Source: Octopus sinensis
Taxonomy: Eukaryota
Assembly (NCBI RefSeq): GCF_006345805.1
Contig: NC_042998.1
Coordinates: 100,936,001-101,000,000, forward strand
Length of the DNA stretch: 64,000 nt
Direction: 5' to 3'
Shown: positions 46,294 through 58,959 of the stretch, in pieces
Position numbering within the stretch: position 1 is the first letter of the stretch
Layout: every line of letters begins with the position of its first letter
Notes under the pieces: model-generated
Database searches by the model: none
Seen by the model: only the letters and a program-made list of their open reading frames with translations
What the model was told of the DNA's origin: nothing
Translations under genes and position numbers: made by a program

Positions 46294-48062
46294 TACAATT
46301 TATTTTCGTAAATTTCTTTTCCTGTTTGTAAAGTCTAGCATTTCCTAATTTTGACAAATGAGCAACTTCGTTGTTATTAGGCCTTAGTTCGACTTCTGAT
46401 CAAGCAGACCGTTTTTTTCCCCAGACACAATGTATCTAAGACAGCATTTTCCACTGTTTTCTCTTTTTTATAGACAGTTGGGTATAATATTAGGGAGATT
46501 TGGGCGTTATTTCTAGCAAGCTAAATAACAACGAAGAAGCTATAAGCGAGTGCCTTCCGTGAGTTGAAAAGTCGAACACTGCTTCTCTTGTGTATCTCCT
46601 CTCAATTCTATCACTGGTTACGTCCCTTTACGTTATATGTTCAAATCTCATAACGGTTGACTTCACCCATTTAAAGACGATAAAGTGAGTAGTTATCATG
46701 TACTGAAATCATGTAATCGACTATACTTAACCCACTTTATATTTTGTGGCTTTGCACTGAATTTAAGAATCAATATTGTAATTCTTGTAAGGCGCACAAT
46801 AACAGAGCAGATCGCCGGAATAAAATGCTTTGTTTAATGCTTGGAGTGTCTTTGCACAAGGAAGTGGTTCATTGTTTGATATGATTACATTCTAAATATA
46901 TCAGTGATTCAGAGAGGAATAGTGTGACAAGTGTAATATCTCATTTCTTCATTTCCAACTCTGAAATGTCTTAGTAATCAGTTAAAAGTAACAGGGATAG
47001 AAAAAAAAAAACTTTTAATTACACAGTTACTTCCCTTGCATGTGCAAGGGAAATAACTCTTTTTAAAAATATTTCGTGGATGTCACGTTTAATCATTTAA
47101 TAGTGAGGGCATTTTAACTCAGTGTTTCTAAGGGGGGGGGGGGGTAAGTGGTGGGGACTCCATTGGGGCTATCTGTGAGTATAGGAACGAGGGTGGAAAA
47201 ACTGCCATGTTTAAAGCTTCCAGCTTCTTAAATTTGTCAAACACTATGGTGAAGAAAGGGGCGTGAAGTACAATCAGATGAATAAAGGGAGGAAGCGGTA
47301 CCAAAAATGTTACTAACATTTTGTGAGCGAGTGGGCCTGATATTTATCTGTGAAAACCACCAATTTATCTCATTGGTTTGTAAGGTCTTTACAGAATACT
47401 TACACGGTTTTCATATAGTTTCTCTGGAGTCAAGTCATTTTGGTTTCATCATTCTTTTTCAAAGCTATACCCCAAAGAGAGTTAAAAATCTTCACATCAC
47501 GCAGGATTCCGAGGTGTTGATGTTGAAGTCATCCTGCTGGAACTAGAACACATGGGAATAGTGTCTACATGCAGGGATGACATTCGTGTCATAGAGTCGG
47601 ACACTTCAGAAATCCAGGTGGTTGGCACTATATAAAAGAAATACAAGTAATTAAGAAGAATGTATATTACTCAGAATGAATCGGTGAGCTTAACAGTATA
47701 ACGTTAACAGCGATGAGTTGTACTGAGCGTAAAGTACATATTATTTTATCGATCACAGATGGACGGCAGGCAAAGTATACACCAGTGGCATTTGAATACA
47801 CACAGGTAAGTAAATGCGAGAAGGGGTATACACGAAGGGGTATATACGTTTCGGCGCAGGCATGGTTGCATGGTTAATGAAATTGCCTCGAAAACATTTG
47901 GATTTGGATTCAGTCTCGCTGCGCAGCATCTTCGGAAATTATCTTCTCCTATATCTCGGTGAATACCTTCTGAGTGGATTTGGTATACGAAAAACTTTAA
48001 ACAAATCGGTCGTGTGTGTGATTCTGCTCGCGCATGCACTCACGCACGCACACATATATACA

Positions 48063-48093
<31 letters not shown>

Positions 48094-48289
48094 TAAAGGC
48101 ATTACTATACATAAATGCCTCACTCTAGGAGGGACTCTTAAAGTCAAAACTACCACAATAAACACGTTGTACAGAACGCGAGGGAAGCCCTTAATATAAA
48201 CAAATATATTTAAATTCTTCCCTTACGACGTTTTTCACGCTAACTACTTGATAAATTCATATAAAGATTTTATCCTATTTTAAAATTGT

Positions 48290-48348
48290 ACATACATACA
48301 TACATACATACATACATACATACATACATACAATATATATATATATAT

Positions 48349-48379
<31 letters not shown>

Positions 48380-48467
48380 ATATATATATTATATATATAT
48401 ATAATATATATATAATATATATATAATATATAATATATATATATGATATATATATTGTATATATATA

Positions 48468-48498
<31 letters not shown>

Positions 48499-48501
48499 AT
48501 A

Positions 48502-48533
<32 letters not shown>

Positions 48534-49044
48534 AATATATATATATATACATATAGTTTCTCTCTCTATATATATAATATATATATATATATTAATATAT
48601 ATATATATTATATATATATATTATATATATACATATAGTTTCTCTCTCTATATATATATATAATATATATATATATACATATATATTATATATATATATA
48701 TACATACATATATATATATATATAATATATATAATATATATACATATATAATATATATCTATATATATATATATATATATATTATAATATATACATATAT
48801 ATTATATATATATATACATACTACAAAATTCGAGAATGGAAATATACTTAAATCATAAAACATCAACTATCCGATGATACTCAATCCATACTTTAATGGT
48901 GGGTTGAATTTCCAACCCTATCTCATTTTATATATATACATATATATTATATATATAATATATATATACATATATTATATATATATTAATATATATATAT
49001 TATATATATATATAATATACATATATATATATATAATATATATT

Positions 49045-49083
<39 letters not shown>

Positions 49084-49123
49084 ACATAATATATATATAT
49101 ATATACATATATATATTATATAT

Positions 49124-49155
<32 letters not shown>

Positions 49156-49180
49156 GATATATATATATATATATATATAT
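48290..49180. repeat. Long (CATA)n/(TA)n microsatellite field with a short complex insert (48820-48930)
   Basis: Directly visible. Confidence 0.95.
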
Positions 49181-49414
49181 AATAATACAAAATAAGAAAA
49201 TGGAGAAATACATCGAAATCAATATCAATTACCAGATAATACTCAATCACATACTTTATTAAACCACTACATAAGAAACTATAAGGTTAAGCATAATAAT
49301 GCAGGGTAAAGCAGTGTACATGAAGAAGTGTACATAAAATAGTAATGTTATACAATAAGTAGAATACGTATAATAGAACATAAATAAGTACACATAAATA
49401 TAAATATAGACTAT

Positions 49415-49541
49415 ATCTTACAGCTGTTTCGGCCATGTAGATAAGCATGTCTCATTCAACTCATATTAGCCATTTATGGTAGGTCAATATGTAGTTATAA
49501 ATGAGACATTTACAAAAACATTCTAAGGCCTCTTCGGAGAT
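49415..49541 (-). ncRNA. Penelope-type hammerhead with long stem II insert
   Basis: Minus strand: atct-CCGAAGA-ggcc-(92 nt containing an atgtctcatt/aatgagacat stem)-ggcc-GAAA-cagctg-TA-agat. It lies in a ~450-bp Penelope-like terminal fragment (49185-49640). Confidence 0.65.
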
Positions 49542-50479
49542 TACAAATTAGATTACATATATAAAGGTGTGGGTATATACCCATAATAAAACATATACAT
49601 ATACATATGAGTGCATATACTCATACTCATATACATATAAATATAAATATACATAATGATATAAATAATAAAAATTAATAAACATACATATGCTCCACAT
49701 TCAACGTTACAGTTTTTCAACTTAATGTTGTGATAATTACAATGTAGAAGAAAAAAACATACACATATTAATATCTAAATGCAGATATAGAGAGTCAAGG
49801 TTACTTTCTATTAGTTCTTATTAATTTACTAAATGTCATTAATGCTAGCATCATTATCATTGTCGTTACTACTAATGCTACCAATATCATCATTCATATT
49901 ATTATCAATAATGCTAATACTAGAGAAACAATACATAAATTCATTATTAACAATATAGTCACAATATTATTACAAAACCGTGCAAAGTGTTATATATCCG
50001 CATATACATACGAAATAAGAAGTACCAGCATTCTGTTTATACTACATTAAATCCACAGGTGTACATATGTAAGTCCGATTTTAAGTTTATAATTTTCTTT
50101 GTGACATAAATACACTATTATTTCAGAAATAATTACGGATCTAGCGCTAAATTATGATTGGCCTGTGGGTTTGAATTTAAATTACCATTGTCTTTCCTAC
50201 GGTTGGTTTGTTGATAGCTTTAGGTTTCTACTACACTAGCGTAGGCAAGGGAAAAACTATACCAACATTTGTACACATACATACACGTACACGCGTACAT
50301 CCGCACATATACATATACATATATACTCTCATGCACCATGTCTGCAAACTTTCGCATATATTTATATACACATCCAAATATTCATATATTTATATATTTA
50401 TATACACATCCAAATGAATATTTGGATGTGTATATAAATATATGCGAAAGTTTGCAGACATGGTGCATGAGAGTATATA

Positions 50480-51370
50480 TGTAGACATGAGAGACATGGT
50501 GCACGGGAGACTACAGGGCGGGTTCGGGGGGAGAGAGCAGATGCACGGTCTACGGAACGTGCTCTGGCAAGGGCGGTGTGGATAGTGGTGAGGGGGTATC
50601 CACGTAGGATGAAGTGGCGAGCCATGAGTTGAGACTGAGTCTCAAAGTCATGGTCGTCGCTACAGAGCCTACGTAGACGGAGGAATTGGGAATAGGGGAT
50701 GGAAAGCTTGGTGTGTTTGGGGTGGGAGGAAGAGAAGTTTAGGTATGTGTGAGTCTGTGTGTTTGTAGTGAATGGAGGTGGTAAGAGTGGAGTGATGAAT
50801 GCTGACCGAAATGTCGAGGAAGGAGACAGAGGTGTTGGAGATAGTGGAGGTGAAGTGGAGGGCAGGATGGAAGGATTGAACGAAAGAGAGGAAGGAATCT
50901 AGATGTTCACGGGAGAGTGAGGTGGCACCGATAATGTCGTCAATGTAACGACCGTATAGTTCGGGAGTGGGACCAGTGAAGCGAGAGAATATTTAGGCCT
51001 CAACATAGCCAACGAACAGGTTCGCATAGTTGGGGCCCATTCGCGTTCCCATGGCCACTCCCTAGAACTGTTGGTAGAACTCACCCGCGAACGAGACGCA
51101 GTTAAGAGAAAGGACAAGTTCGGCCAGACGAATGAGTGTGGAGGTGTCGGGTTCGGGGTTGGGGCGGAGGTCGAGAAAGGGATGAAGTGCCCGCAGTCCT
51201 TCGTGGTGAGGGATGACGGTATAGAGGCTCTGGATGTCCATTGTAAAAAGTATTTTGGAAGAGCCGGGAGGAAAGGAGAAAGAGTTGAAAAGCCGGAGAG
51301 CATGGTTGGTGTCGTGGATGTTGGAGGGAAGAGACGCCACTAGGGGGACAAGGACACGGTCGAGGTATTT
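50480..51370 (-). mobile_element. Penelope-like element reverse transcriptase fragment
   Basis: LFTMDIQSLYTVIPHHEGL, FYQQF*GVAMGTRMGPNYANLFVGYV, YGRYIDDIIG, VSFLDISV, HYKHTDSHTYL, SIPYSQFLRLRRLCSD, RGYP. Two in-frame stops; no GIY-YIG domain retained. Confidence 0.92.
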
Positions 51371-51413
<43 letters not shown>

Positions 51414-51424
51414 ATATGTATAAT

Positions 51425-53706
51425 ATAGCACTCATTTGACAACATAAACTTCCACAAAGCGGACTGGGGAGCAATCAGAAAGGATCTGTCTTTCAACGAC
51501 TGGTCTTTTACTCTCAATTCCACCCATATTGAGACCGCATGGCAGTACTTTGAGAACATTGTCACCTATACATGCTCTAAACACGCTCTCACAAAATCTA
51601 CTAACACAAACAGAAACCGGCTCCCCAAAAAGAAAAAAAAACACTTACCAGGCGCATCAAAAGACTCAATAAAAAAAATCAACCAATTAAAATATTCCCA
51701 CATACAACATCCACATTCAACAACAATGAAAAGACTAGCGCTGGAAAAACTTCATCTGCAGACCAACATGAAAACCTCCATTGAAAATCAAAGAGCTGTG
51801 AAGGAACAATGGGTAATCAAAAACATCAAACAGAACACAAAAGTGTTCTATTCTTATGCAAATAAGCATAGAACCACTGTCTCACCCATTGGGCCATTGA
51901 TTGATGCTAACGGTATTCCCCAACACGATGCTAAAGAAATGGCAGAAATACTGCAGAAACAATAATGCTCTGTCTTTAGTGTTCCCACTGATACTGATAT
52001 TGACGTAAGAGAAGCGAACGAAGTTGATTCCCAACATAAAATCTCAGACATAACCTTCACTGCCACTGACATCATAGCAGCAATAAATGAGGTCAAATAC
52101 TACTCTGCTGTAGGCCCTGATAGATTTCCCGCTTGTCTCCTGAAGGAATGTAGACACCAACTTTCAGTCCCTCTGACCAACTCTCTGGAGAAATTCGTTA
52201 GACGCAGGTTATATACCGAAACAATTTCTATCCCAGTCAGTCATCCCGGTTTTCAAACAGGGAAACAGATCCCTCGCAGTCAACTATCGCCCAATCTCAC
52301 TCACCTCCCACATCATTAAAGTGTTTGAAAGAGTGTTAAGATCAAGGATAGCTGACTTCCTGGAGCCCCACAAACTCCTAAATGCAAATCAGCATGGCTT
52401 TCGCTGTGGCAGGGACTGTCTAACACAGCTCTTACACCACATTGAAGATATACTCAAAGCCTTGGGAACAGATTCGAACTCTGATGTCATATATCTTGAC
52501 TTTAGTAAAGCGTTCGACAGGGTAGACCATAATATCCTACTCTCAGAATTGGCAAATTTTGGAATCCGTGGAAAAGTTCTACACTGGATTAAGTATTTCC
52601 TGGCGAATAGAACACAACATGTTGTAGTTGATGGAGTCCACTCAAGCCAAGCAAAAGTCACCAGCGGTGTCACCCAGAGGACTGTCTTGGGCCCGCTACT
52701 CTTTATAATTTACATAAACGACCTTTCCAGTGTCGTACATAACTGCAAAGTGAAAATATTTGCTGATGACACTAAGCTCCAGCAAATCGTCAATGAAGAA
52801 GCAGACCGAACTCAACTCCAGTCTGATCTATATGCTGTGAGTCAATGGGCAGACAGAAACAAAATGCAACTGAACGAGGGAAAATTTGAGCTGATGCATT
52901 TTGGAAGAAATTCCTCACTAAAACAGCCATACTCTCTCCGCTCACAGCCTCTAACAATATCAGAGACCTGGGTGTAATTGTTGATGACGATCTCAGTTGG
53001 AGTGCACACATCAATAAGAAGGTCGATATAGCTCGTTGGATGAGTTCCTGGATCTTAAGAACTTTCCGGTCCAGAGAACAAGGTGTCATCATACCACTTT
53101 TCTCCTTTGTACGGCCACACCTCGAATACTGTGGTCTCCCCATACAAGACAAAACATCTCGAGGATTGAATCACCCCAGAGGGCACTCACTAAACGAATC
53201 GAAGGCATGGCTGCTCTCGATTATTGGGATCGCCTTAAAGCCTTGAAACTCTACTCTCTGCAGCGTCGCCGTGAGCGGTACATCATTTGTACGATGTGGA
53301 GGATATACCGCCAACTTTGCCCAAACGACCTGAACATTAGCTTCAAGGTTCATCCAAGACTGGGACCACGGGCCATACGTCCCCTGCCCAATTCAAGATC
53401 ACAGCATACATGTACACTGCAACATATTTTCTTTTCTCAACAGGCCCTGCCTATTTAACATTGTCCCGAAAGAGATCAAAGAGGAAAAGGATCCCATCAA
53501 CTTTAAACGGAGTCTGGATATATTCCTTCAAGGAATACCAGATAAGCCACCCATAATTGGATACAACTCACCCAACAAAACTCACTACTTGAATGGACCA
53601 TAAACAAAACCTTGACTTAAACAGGATTCAGATAATCCTATCAGGTGGTGCTATTAAGTTAGACATGGCCTGGACCAATCTTTGGTCGAAACATATCTAA
53701 GTTTAT
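51425..53706 (+). mobile_element. 5'-truncated CR1-clade LINE (RT + C-terminus + 3' UTR)
   Basis: NFHKADW, KVFYSYANK..IGPL, NYRPISLTSHIIKVFERV, QHGFR, YLDFSKAFDRV, VLGPLLF, FADDTKL and LDYWDRLKALKLYSLQRRRERY. Frameshifted and flanked by (TA)n. Confidence 0.93.
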
Positions 53707-53709
53707 CTA

Positions 53710-53778
<69 letters not shown>

Positions 53779-54052
53779 TATATATTTATATATTATATAT
53801 ATGTTTATATAGATTATATGCATACAATATATATTATATATATATTGTGTATATATATATTATATTATATATATATATTATATTATATTATATTATAATG
53901 TATATTATATATATATATATATAATTTATATATTATATATATGTTATATATATATATTATATATATATACATATATATATATTATATATATTGTGTAATA
54001 TATATTTAATATTATATATATATATATATATATACATTATATATTATATATA

Positions 54053-54112
<60 letters not shown>

Positions 54113-54275
54113 TTTTATATATATTGTATTTATTATATATTCATATATTATATGTATAAATTATCTTACATATAAATCATGTATATATATTCTGTATGTA
54201 TGAATGTATGTATGTATGTATGTATGTATGTATGTATGTATGTATGTATGTATGTATGTATGTATATATATATAT
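53710..54275. repeat. (TA)n then (TATG)n microsatellite
   Basis: Directly visible. Confidence 0.95.
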
Positions 54276-54361
54276 GTGGTCCCGGGTTGATTCGGGGTTT
54301 AACCACAGTAAATAAGGTACTCAATACATAGCAGAGTAAAATTAATTTATTATATAGAAGG

Positions 54362-54411
54362 AGCTTCTACAGGACTAGAACTGTTTCATTCAAGAGAATC
54401 TTCAGGAAGCT
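54362..54411 (-). ncRNA. Type I hammerhead motif
   Basis: agcttc-CTGAAGA-ttc(tctt)gaa-t-GAAA-cag(ttctagtc)ctg-TA-gaagct. 6-bp stem I, true stem III, weak stem II. Confidence 0.65.
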
Positions 54412-54509
54412 AGTTAACAAGAATTGTATTGGCATTTATACATTTAGGCAGGTTAAAGGGGTTTAAACCTGCCTAAATGTATAAATGCCAATACAATTCT
54501 GTGTTAACT

Positions 54510-54559
54510 AGCTTCCTGAAGATTTCTCTTGAATGAAACAGTTCTAGTCCTGTAGAGCT
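54510..54559 (+). ncRNA. Type I hammerhead motif (mirror copy)
   Basis: CTGAAGA 54516-54522, GAAA 54535-54538, GTA 54552-54554. One-base deletion in the stem I 3' strand. Confidence 0.6.
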
Positions 54560-54574
54560 CCTTCTATATAATAA

Positions 54575-54654
<80 letters not shown>

Positions 54655-54949
54655 TAAAATACTCAGGGTAGAAATTTCTACCCTCAGTATTTTAATTTAA
54701 AATAGCAATGTTTTCAAACCGGTAAATTAACTGCGGTAATTTATTATCTGCAGGGTTGTTTTCCGGCACTAGCACTCCAAAGTGAAGGCATTTGAAAAAT
54801 ACTACAAATATATTTTGTAGAACTGTACATGAGCTTTCATTTCGGGAAAATCTTTCTGTGTATAGTTCTGTAAAATATGTTTAGAAATACGACAGACTAC
54901 GCTGAGGATTTACAGATACTGCATCTTGCATTTTGAACTTTTGCAAGTC

Positions 54950-55208
54950 AACAATTGCAGCATGGAAGGAGTTTGTAAGACATTTAAGAAACATACAAAA
55001 GCCGTTCGATTCACTTCAACATTTAAGTTTAATTTGTCAAAATATTTTCGTCGCTATAAGATGCAGCACGGATTTTTGTCAGTGAACTGGTCGCGGTCTT
55101 ATAGCAACGAAAATATTTTGACAAATTAAACTTAAATGTTGAAGTGAATCGAACGGCTTTTGTGTGTTTCTTAAATGACTTACAAACACCTTCCACGCTG
55201 CAATTGTT
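54950..55208. mobile_element. Palindromic MITE-like repeat (112-bp arms, 35-bp spacer)
   Basis: 54950-55061 versus 55097-55208 are near-complementary. Confidence 0.8.
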
Positions 55209-56034
55209 TTCGTTCCAGCACACGATCTCAGATCAAATCACTTGCTATGTAAGTACATCTCCGTAATTTTTGGAAGTATTGATAATGAAATCATGACACA
55301 TAGGTAATCGTATTATTTTGTAAATTTTCATTTGCCTTGCTTATTTTCTACAGTTTCCATGCACCCAATTATACTTTGGTCGATTCGAGACAATGATATA
55401 ATTCTCTTGCCTAATGTAGGACTCGGTGGTTCATATCCGAAACCACATAGCTGTGAACTGGACCGCTTGAACAGGGATCCACGCATTGAAAGAAGTGGAT
55501 ACTGTACTACCAAGAAAAAAAAAAACTATATTTTCTAATTCTTTTATAGATTTAAGTCGCTTACGCTCACGTTAGGGCATCGCCTTCAATGGCTTTTGTT
55601 CATTAGATTGTGCTTGGCACTTATTTTAGCCTGGAATTTATTTTATCGTCCTCTAATTATCAAACGGCTAAGTTTTATGTTTGGTGTAAAGAGTGCAACT
55701 CAACGCACCATTTTACGCGGTTCTCTCGTAACCTTTCTCTTTCTACCTTTGATGTTGCTTCTGTCGGTTGCTAACTGATTACAGTTACTTTCATACCCAT
55801 ACAATCGCTACCATTCATGAATCTCTTTGAAGACATATCTGTACATTATCTTGAACGCTGTTTGGAAAAGGTTTTATCTTTTTAAACGTTGTTAGCTTTT
55901 GAAAATCATTACCAACATTCTTTCATGGACCTGAATCTACTTCTCTTCAACAAGTGCAGCTCGAATTGGGAGTGGTCTCTGCAATGAATAGCTAAAAGAT
56001 TCTGGCAATTCCAAGTAAACATTTACGAGTAATA

Positions 56035-56247
56035 TTAGTTTCAAAGTTTGGCTCAAGGCCAGAAATATCGGGGGAGGATGTAAGTCGATGATATCGACTC
56101 CAGTGCTCAATTGGTACTTATTTTATTGACCTCGCAAGATAAAAGGCAAAGTTGACCCAGGTGATATTTGAACTCAAAACGTTAAATTGAAAGAAATGCT
56201 GCTAAGCATTTTTTCCAGCGCAGGAATGATTCTGCCAGCTCACCGCC
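56035..56247 (-). mobile_element. Family-C SINE
   Basis: ggctcaaggcc...aaaaggcaaagttgacc...tttgaactc...gccagctcaccgcc. Confidence 0.8.
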
Positions 56248-56262
56248 TTATTCTTCGTAATA

Positions 56263-56645
56263 CGAGGGCTGGTGGAAAAGTTCATTGGCTGACCAAGATA
56301 CGTTCATGGAATGTGACCAAACGAAGTTTACTTTTCAACATAATTCCCCTTGTGGTCCACACACTTCCTCCATCGGTGTTGTAGTGTTTGGGTCCCATTG
56401 GTAAAAAAGCTTTCATCCTGTTGGTCAAAAAAGTCATCATCAGCAGATATGACGTCACTACCACTGTGGTTCTGGTTCTCAGCCAAACGGTCTTTCATGT
56501 TGGGGAACAGATAATTGTCAGATGGGGCCAGATCAGGCGAACAGGGAGGGCAATCAACCACTTCAAAGCCACAGTCATGCACAGCGGCCATTGAAACCTA
56601 TGACTTGTGTACTTGAGCATTGTCCCGATGAAATAAAACTTCTTT
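56263..56645 (-). mobile_element. Mariner transposon 3' fragment with one TIR
   Basis: TA + cgagggctggtggaaaagttc TIR. VLFHRDNAQVHKS, PPCSPDLAPSDNYLFPNMK and LQHRWRKCVDHKGNYVEK*. Confidence 0.85.
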
Positions 56646-56780
56646 TGTCAGATTTCCTGCCCGTTTGGTCTTCCATAAAATGTAAAATAGCTTTATCCTT
56701 AATAAATTGGTATTTGGAACAAATTAATATGAAAATTTGATGGGAGATGGTGATTTAGATAATTTTAAAACAGGAAGTTT

Positions 56781-56956
56781 AGAAGTGGCTGTGTGGTAAG
56801 TAGCTTGGTTATGAACCACATGGTTGCAGGTTCAGTCCCACTGCGTGGCACCTTGGGCAAGTGTCTTCTACTATTGCCTCGGGCCGACCAAGCCTTGTGA
56901 GTGGATTTGGTAGACGGAAACTGAAAGAAGCCCGTCATATATATATATATATATAT

Positions 56957-56994
<38 letters not shown>

Positions 56995-57243
56995 ATGAGT
57001 GTGTGGTGTGTGTGTGTGTGTGGTGTGTGGTGTGTGTGTGTGTGTGTATGTTTGTGTGTCTGTGTTTGTCCCCACAAAATCGCTTGACAAACGATGCTGG
57101 TGTGTTTACGTCCTCGTAACTTAGCGGTTCGGCAAAAGAGACCGATAGAATAAGTACAAGGCTTACAAAGAATATGTCCTGGGGTCGATTTGCTTGGCCA
57201 CAGTCAAATAACTGAAACAAGTAAAAGATTAAAGAGTAAAGAG
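56781..57243 (+). mobile_element. CORE-type tRNA SINE (family B), full length
   Basis: gtggctgtgtggtaag, ggttcagtccc, CORE-like gcaccttgggcaagtgtcttctact, internal (TA)/(TG) microsatellite, tail gaaacaagtaaaag. Confidence 0.9.
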
Positions 57244-58959
57244 AATATATAGACCCAGGGTCAGTTTCAGATAGGTTAGAATCAAAAGGATTAACTGTTT
57301 CGATATAAACCAGGACTCATTAGAATGAAGACACATTAGATAATGTGGTCCAAGAAAAATCATATCTAATCAAGATTGCTCTGGGGTTTTAACAACAACA
57401 AAAACGTTATCTACTTGATAGAGTTAAATGTGTGATAAAACTTACTCTTTAGAAGGTATTATAAAACATAGCCTTTTCTCTGAGATACAAATAAATAATA
57501 ATATTGTTTAGATATGAAAAGTAAAGTATTGTTCTGGAAATATTTCGTCCCATCTTTTAGAAATTCAACGATAGTTCTGCAGAGTGTGCAACTATCTTTG
57601 GTCAACATTTACTGTTTTTTTTTTGTAAGGCAGAACATCAAATCATAGTTAAGTCTGCCATAGAGATTTTCATGAATAAACTTAGAAGAAAAAGAAAAGG
57701 AAAGTATAACAAGAAATAAAATAAAAAAACAGCGAAAACAAAAGTAAAAATAACAACAAAATATCAGTTTCTATGGTATTTTTGTATGTTTATTTTCGTC
57801 AACAAAAGGAAAGTCTAAAGTGTCGTATAAGTCTTAAGACTGAGTCAATATCTATCATTTTGCACAAAACTGACAGTAGAAATGTTATTTTTTGTATAAG
57901 AAAGCTATTGTCCTGAGAAGCTGGTTACAATGAATGAAATATCTCTCTCAGGCTACGTATATATGTATATGTGTATGTGCGTGTGCGCGCGTGTGTATGT
58001 GCGCATGTGTGTGTGTGTGTGTGTGTGTGTGCGTGCGCATACACAACATACAACACATACATCCACAGAATTGTTTTTTGAACGGGCTTAAAACCAATTT
58101 TGGTGAATGGCAACTAAAATCGATTGAATCGACTCACGAAATATTGTTAAATTTTTATAGAATTACATATACCAGCCAAATTACCTTATCCTCTATTGAA
58201 AAGAAAGACACTTTAGATAATAGAGTCCTGAATACAAATTGTTAAAAATTAGGAAAAAAAAAAACAACCTATTTTGGATTGCTCGGAGGAAATGTCTTTG
58301 TTTGTGGCTAACATAGGTCTTACGAATCTGGTGACATACATGCGATGAATGCATTAGCTATAATTGCAATCAATTGGGTAACCCTAATTCTCAGTCGTGA
58401 TCTAGCTTGTCGGAACAGCAGCTCCGTCTCAGATGTGGAGGTAGTAGACCATTAAAGGTCTTACCTGGGTTCCGTAAAAGATTAATTGTTATTTGTGCTC
58501 GAAATATTTTCTGGTTCTGGAGAGACTTGCAAGTCTTTGTTTTTATACAGAATTTGGTATGTTGTGGTTGTGCGTTTGCTAGAAAGAATCCACTGTGGTA
58601 ACGAGATCTTACATTTGTTGCGGCCTTAAAAGTTCAGTTGTATGCAATTTGCGTCAAGTGGTGGAGTTATTTGTATTGATTGAATGTTTCGTGTTCAATG
58701 AACAGTAAGTATCTGAAGAAGAAAATAAGACCCATTGTGGAATGCGGCTCCCATATTTGGGACGGTCCTTCAGCAACATATTTCTATACACTCATACGGC
58801 TTGCTTAAAATTGCAAGTGTATCACATTTAAATCATTCATTATCGCCTTCATAAAGGAAGGACACATTAGATAATGTTGTTCTTAGATAGATTTTTATTT
58901 TGTTTTTATCTCGGGAAAGATCCTCTGTCTATGGCTGTTGGTGATCCTTCACGCTTGAT

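Larger units (their letters stand above)
54345..54576. mobile_element. Fold-back element (~113-bp arms, 4-bp GGGG centre) with a hammerhead in each arm
   Basis: 54345-54457 is the near-perfect reverse complement of 54462-54576. Confidence 0.9.

Noticed and set aside
48874-49228. ORFs rich in YI/IY, VC/CV, HT or MYVC (also 28416-28713, 53682-54203, 60786-61109, 61195-61963, 63563-63856)
   Set aside because: They are translations of (TA)n, (CA)n and (CATA)n microsatellites, not genes.
53665-53700. gacca/tggtc hairpin followed by GAAAC at the CR1 3' end
   Set aside because: It lacks the CTGANGA strand and is more simply the LINE 3' stem-loop.
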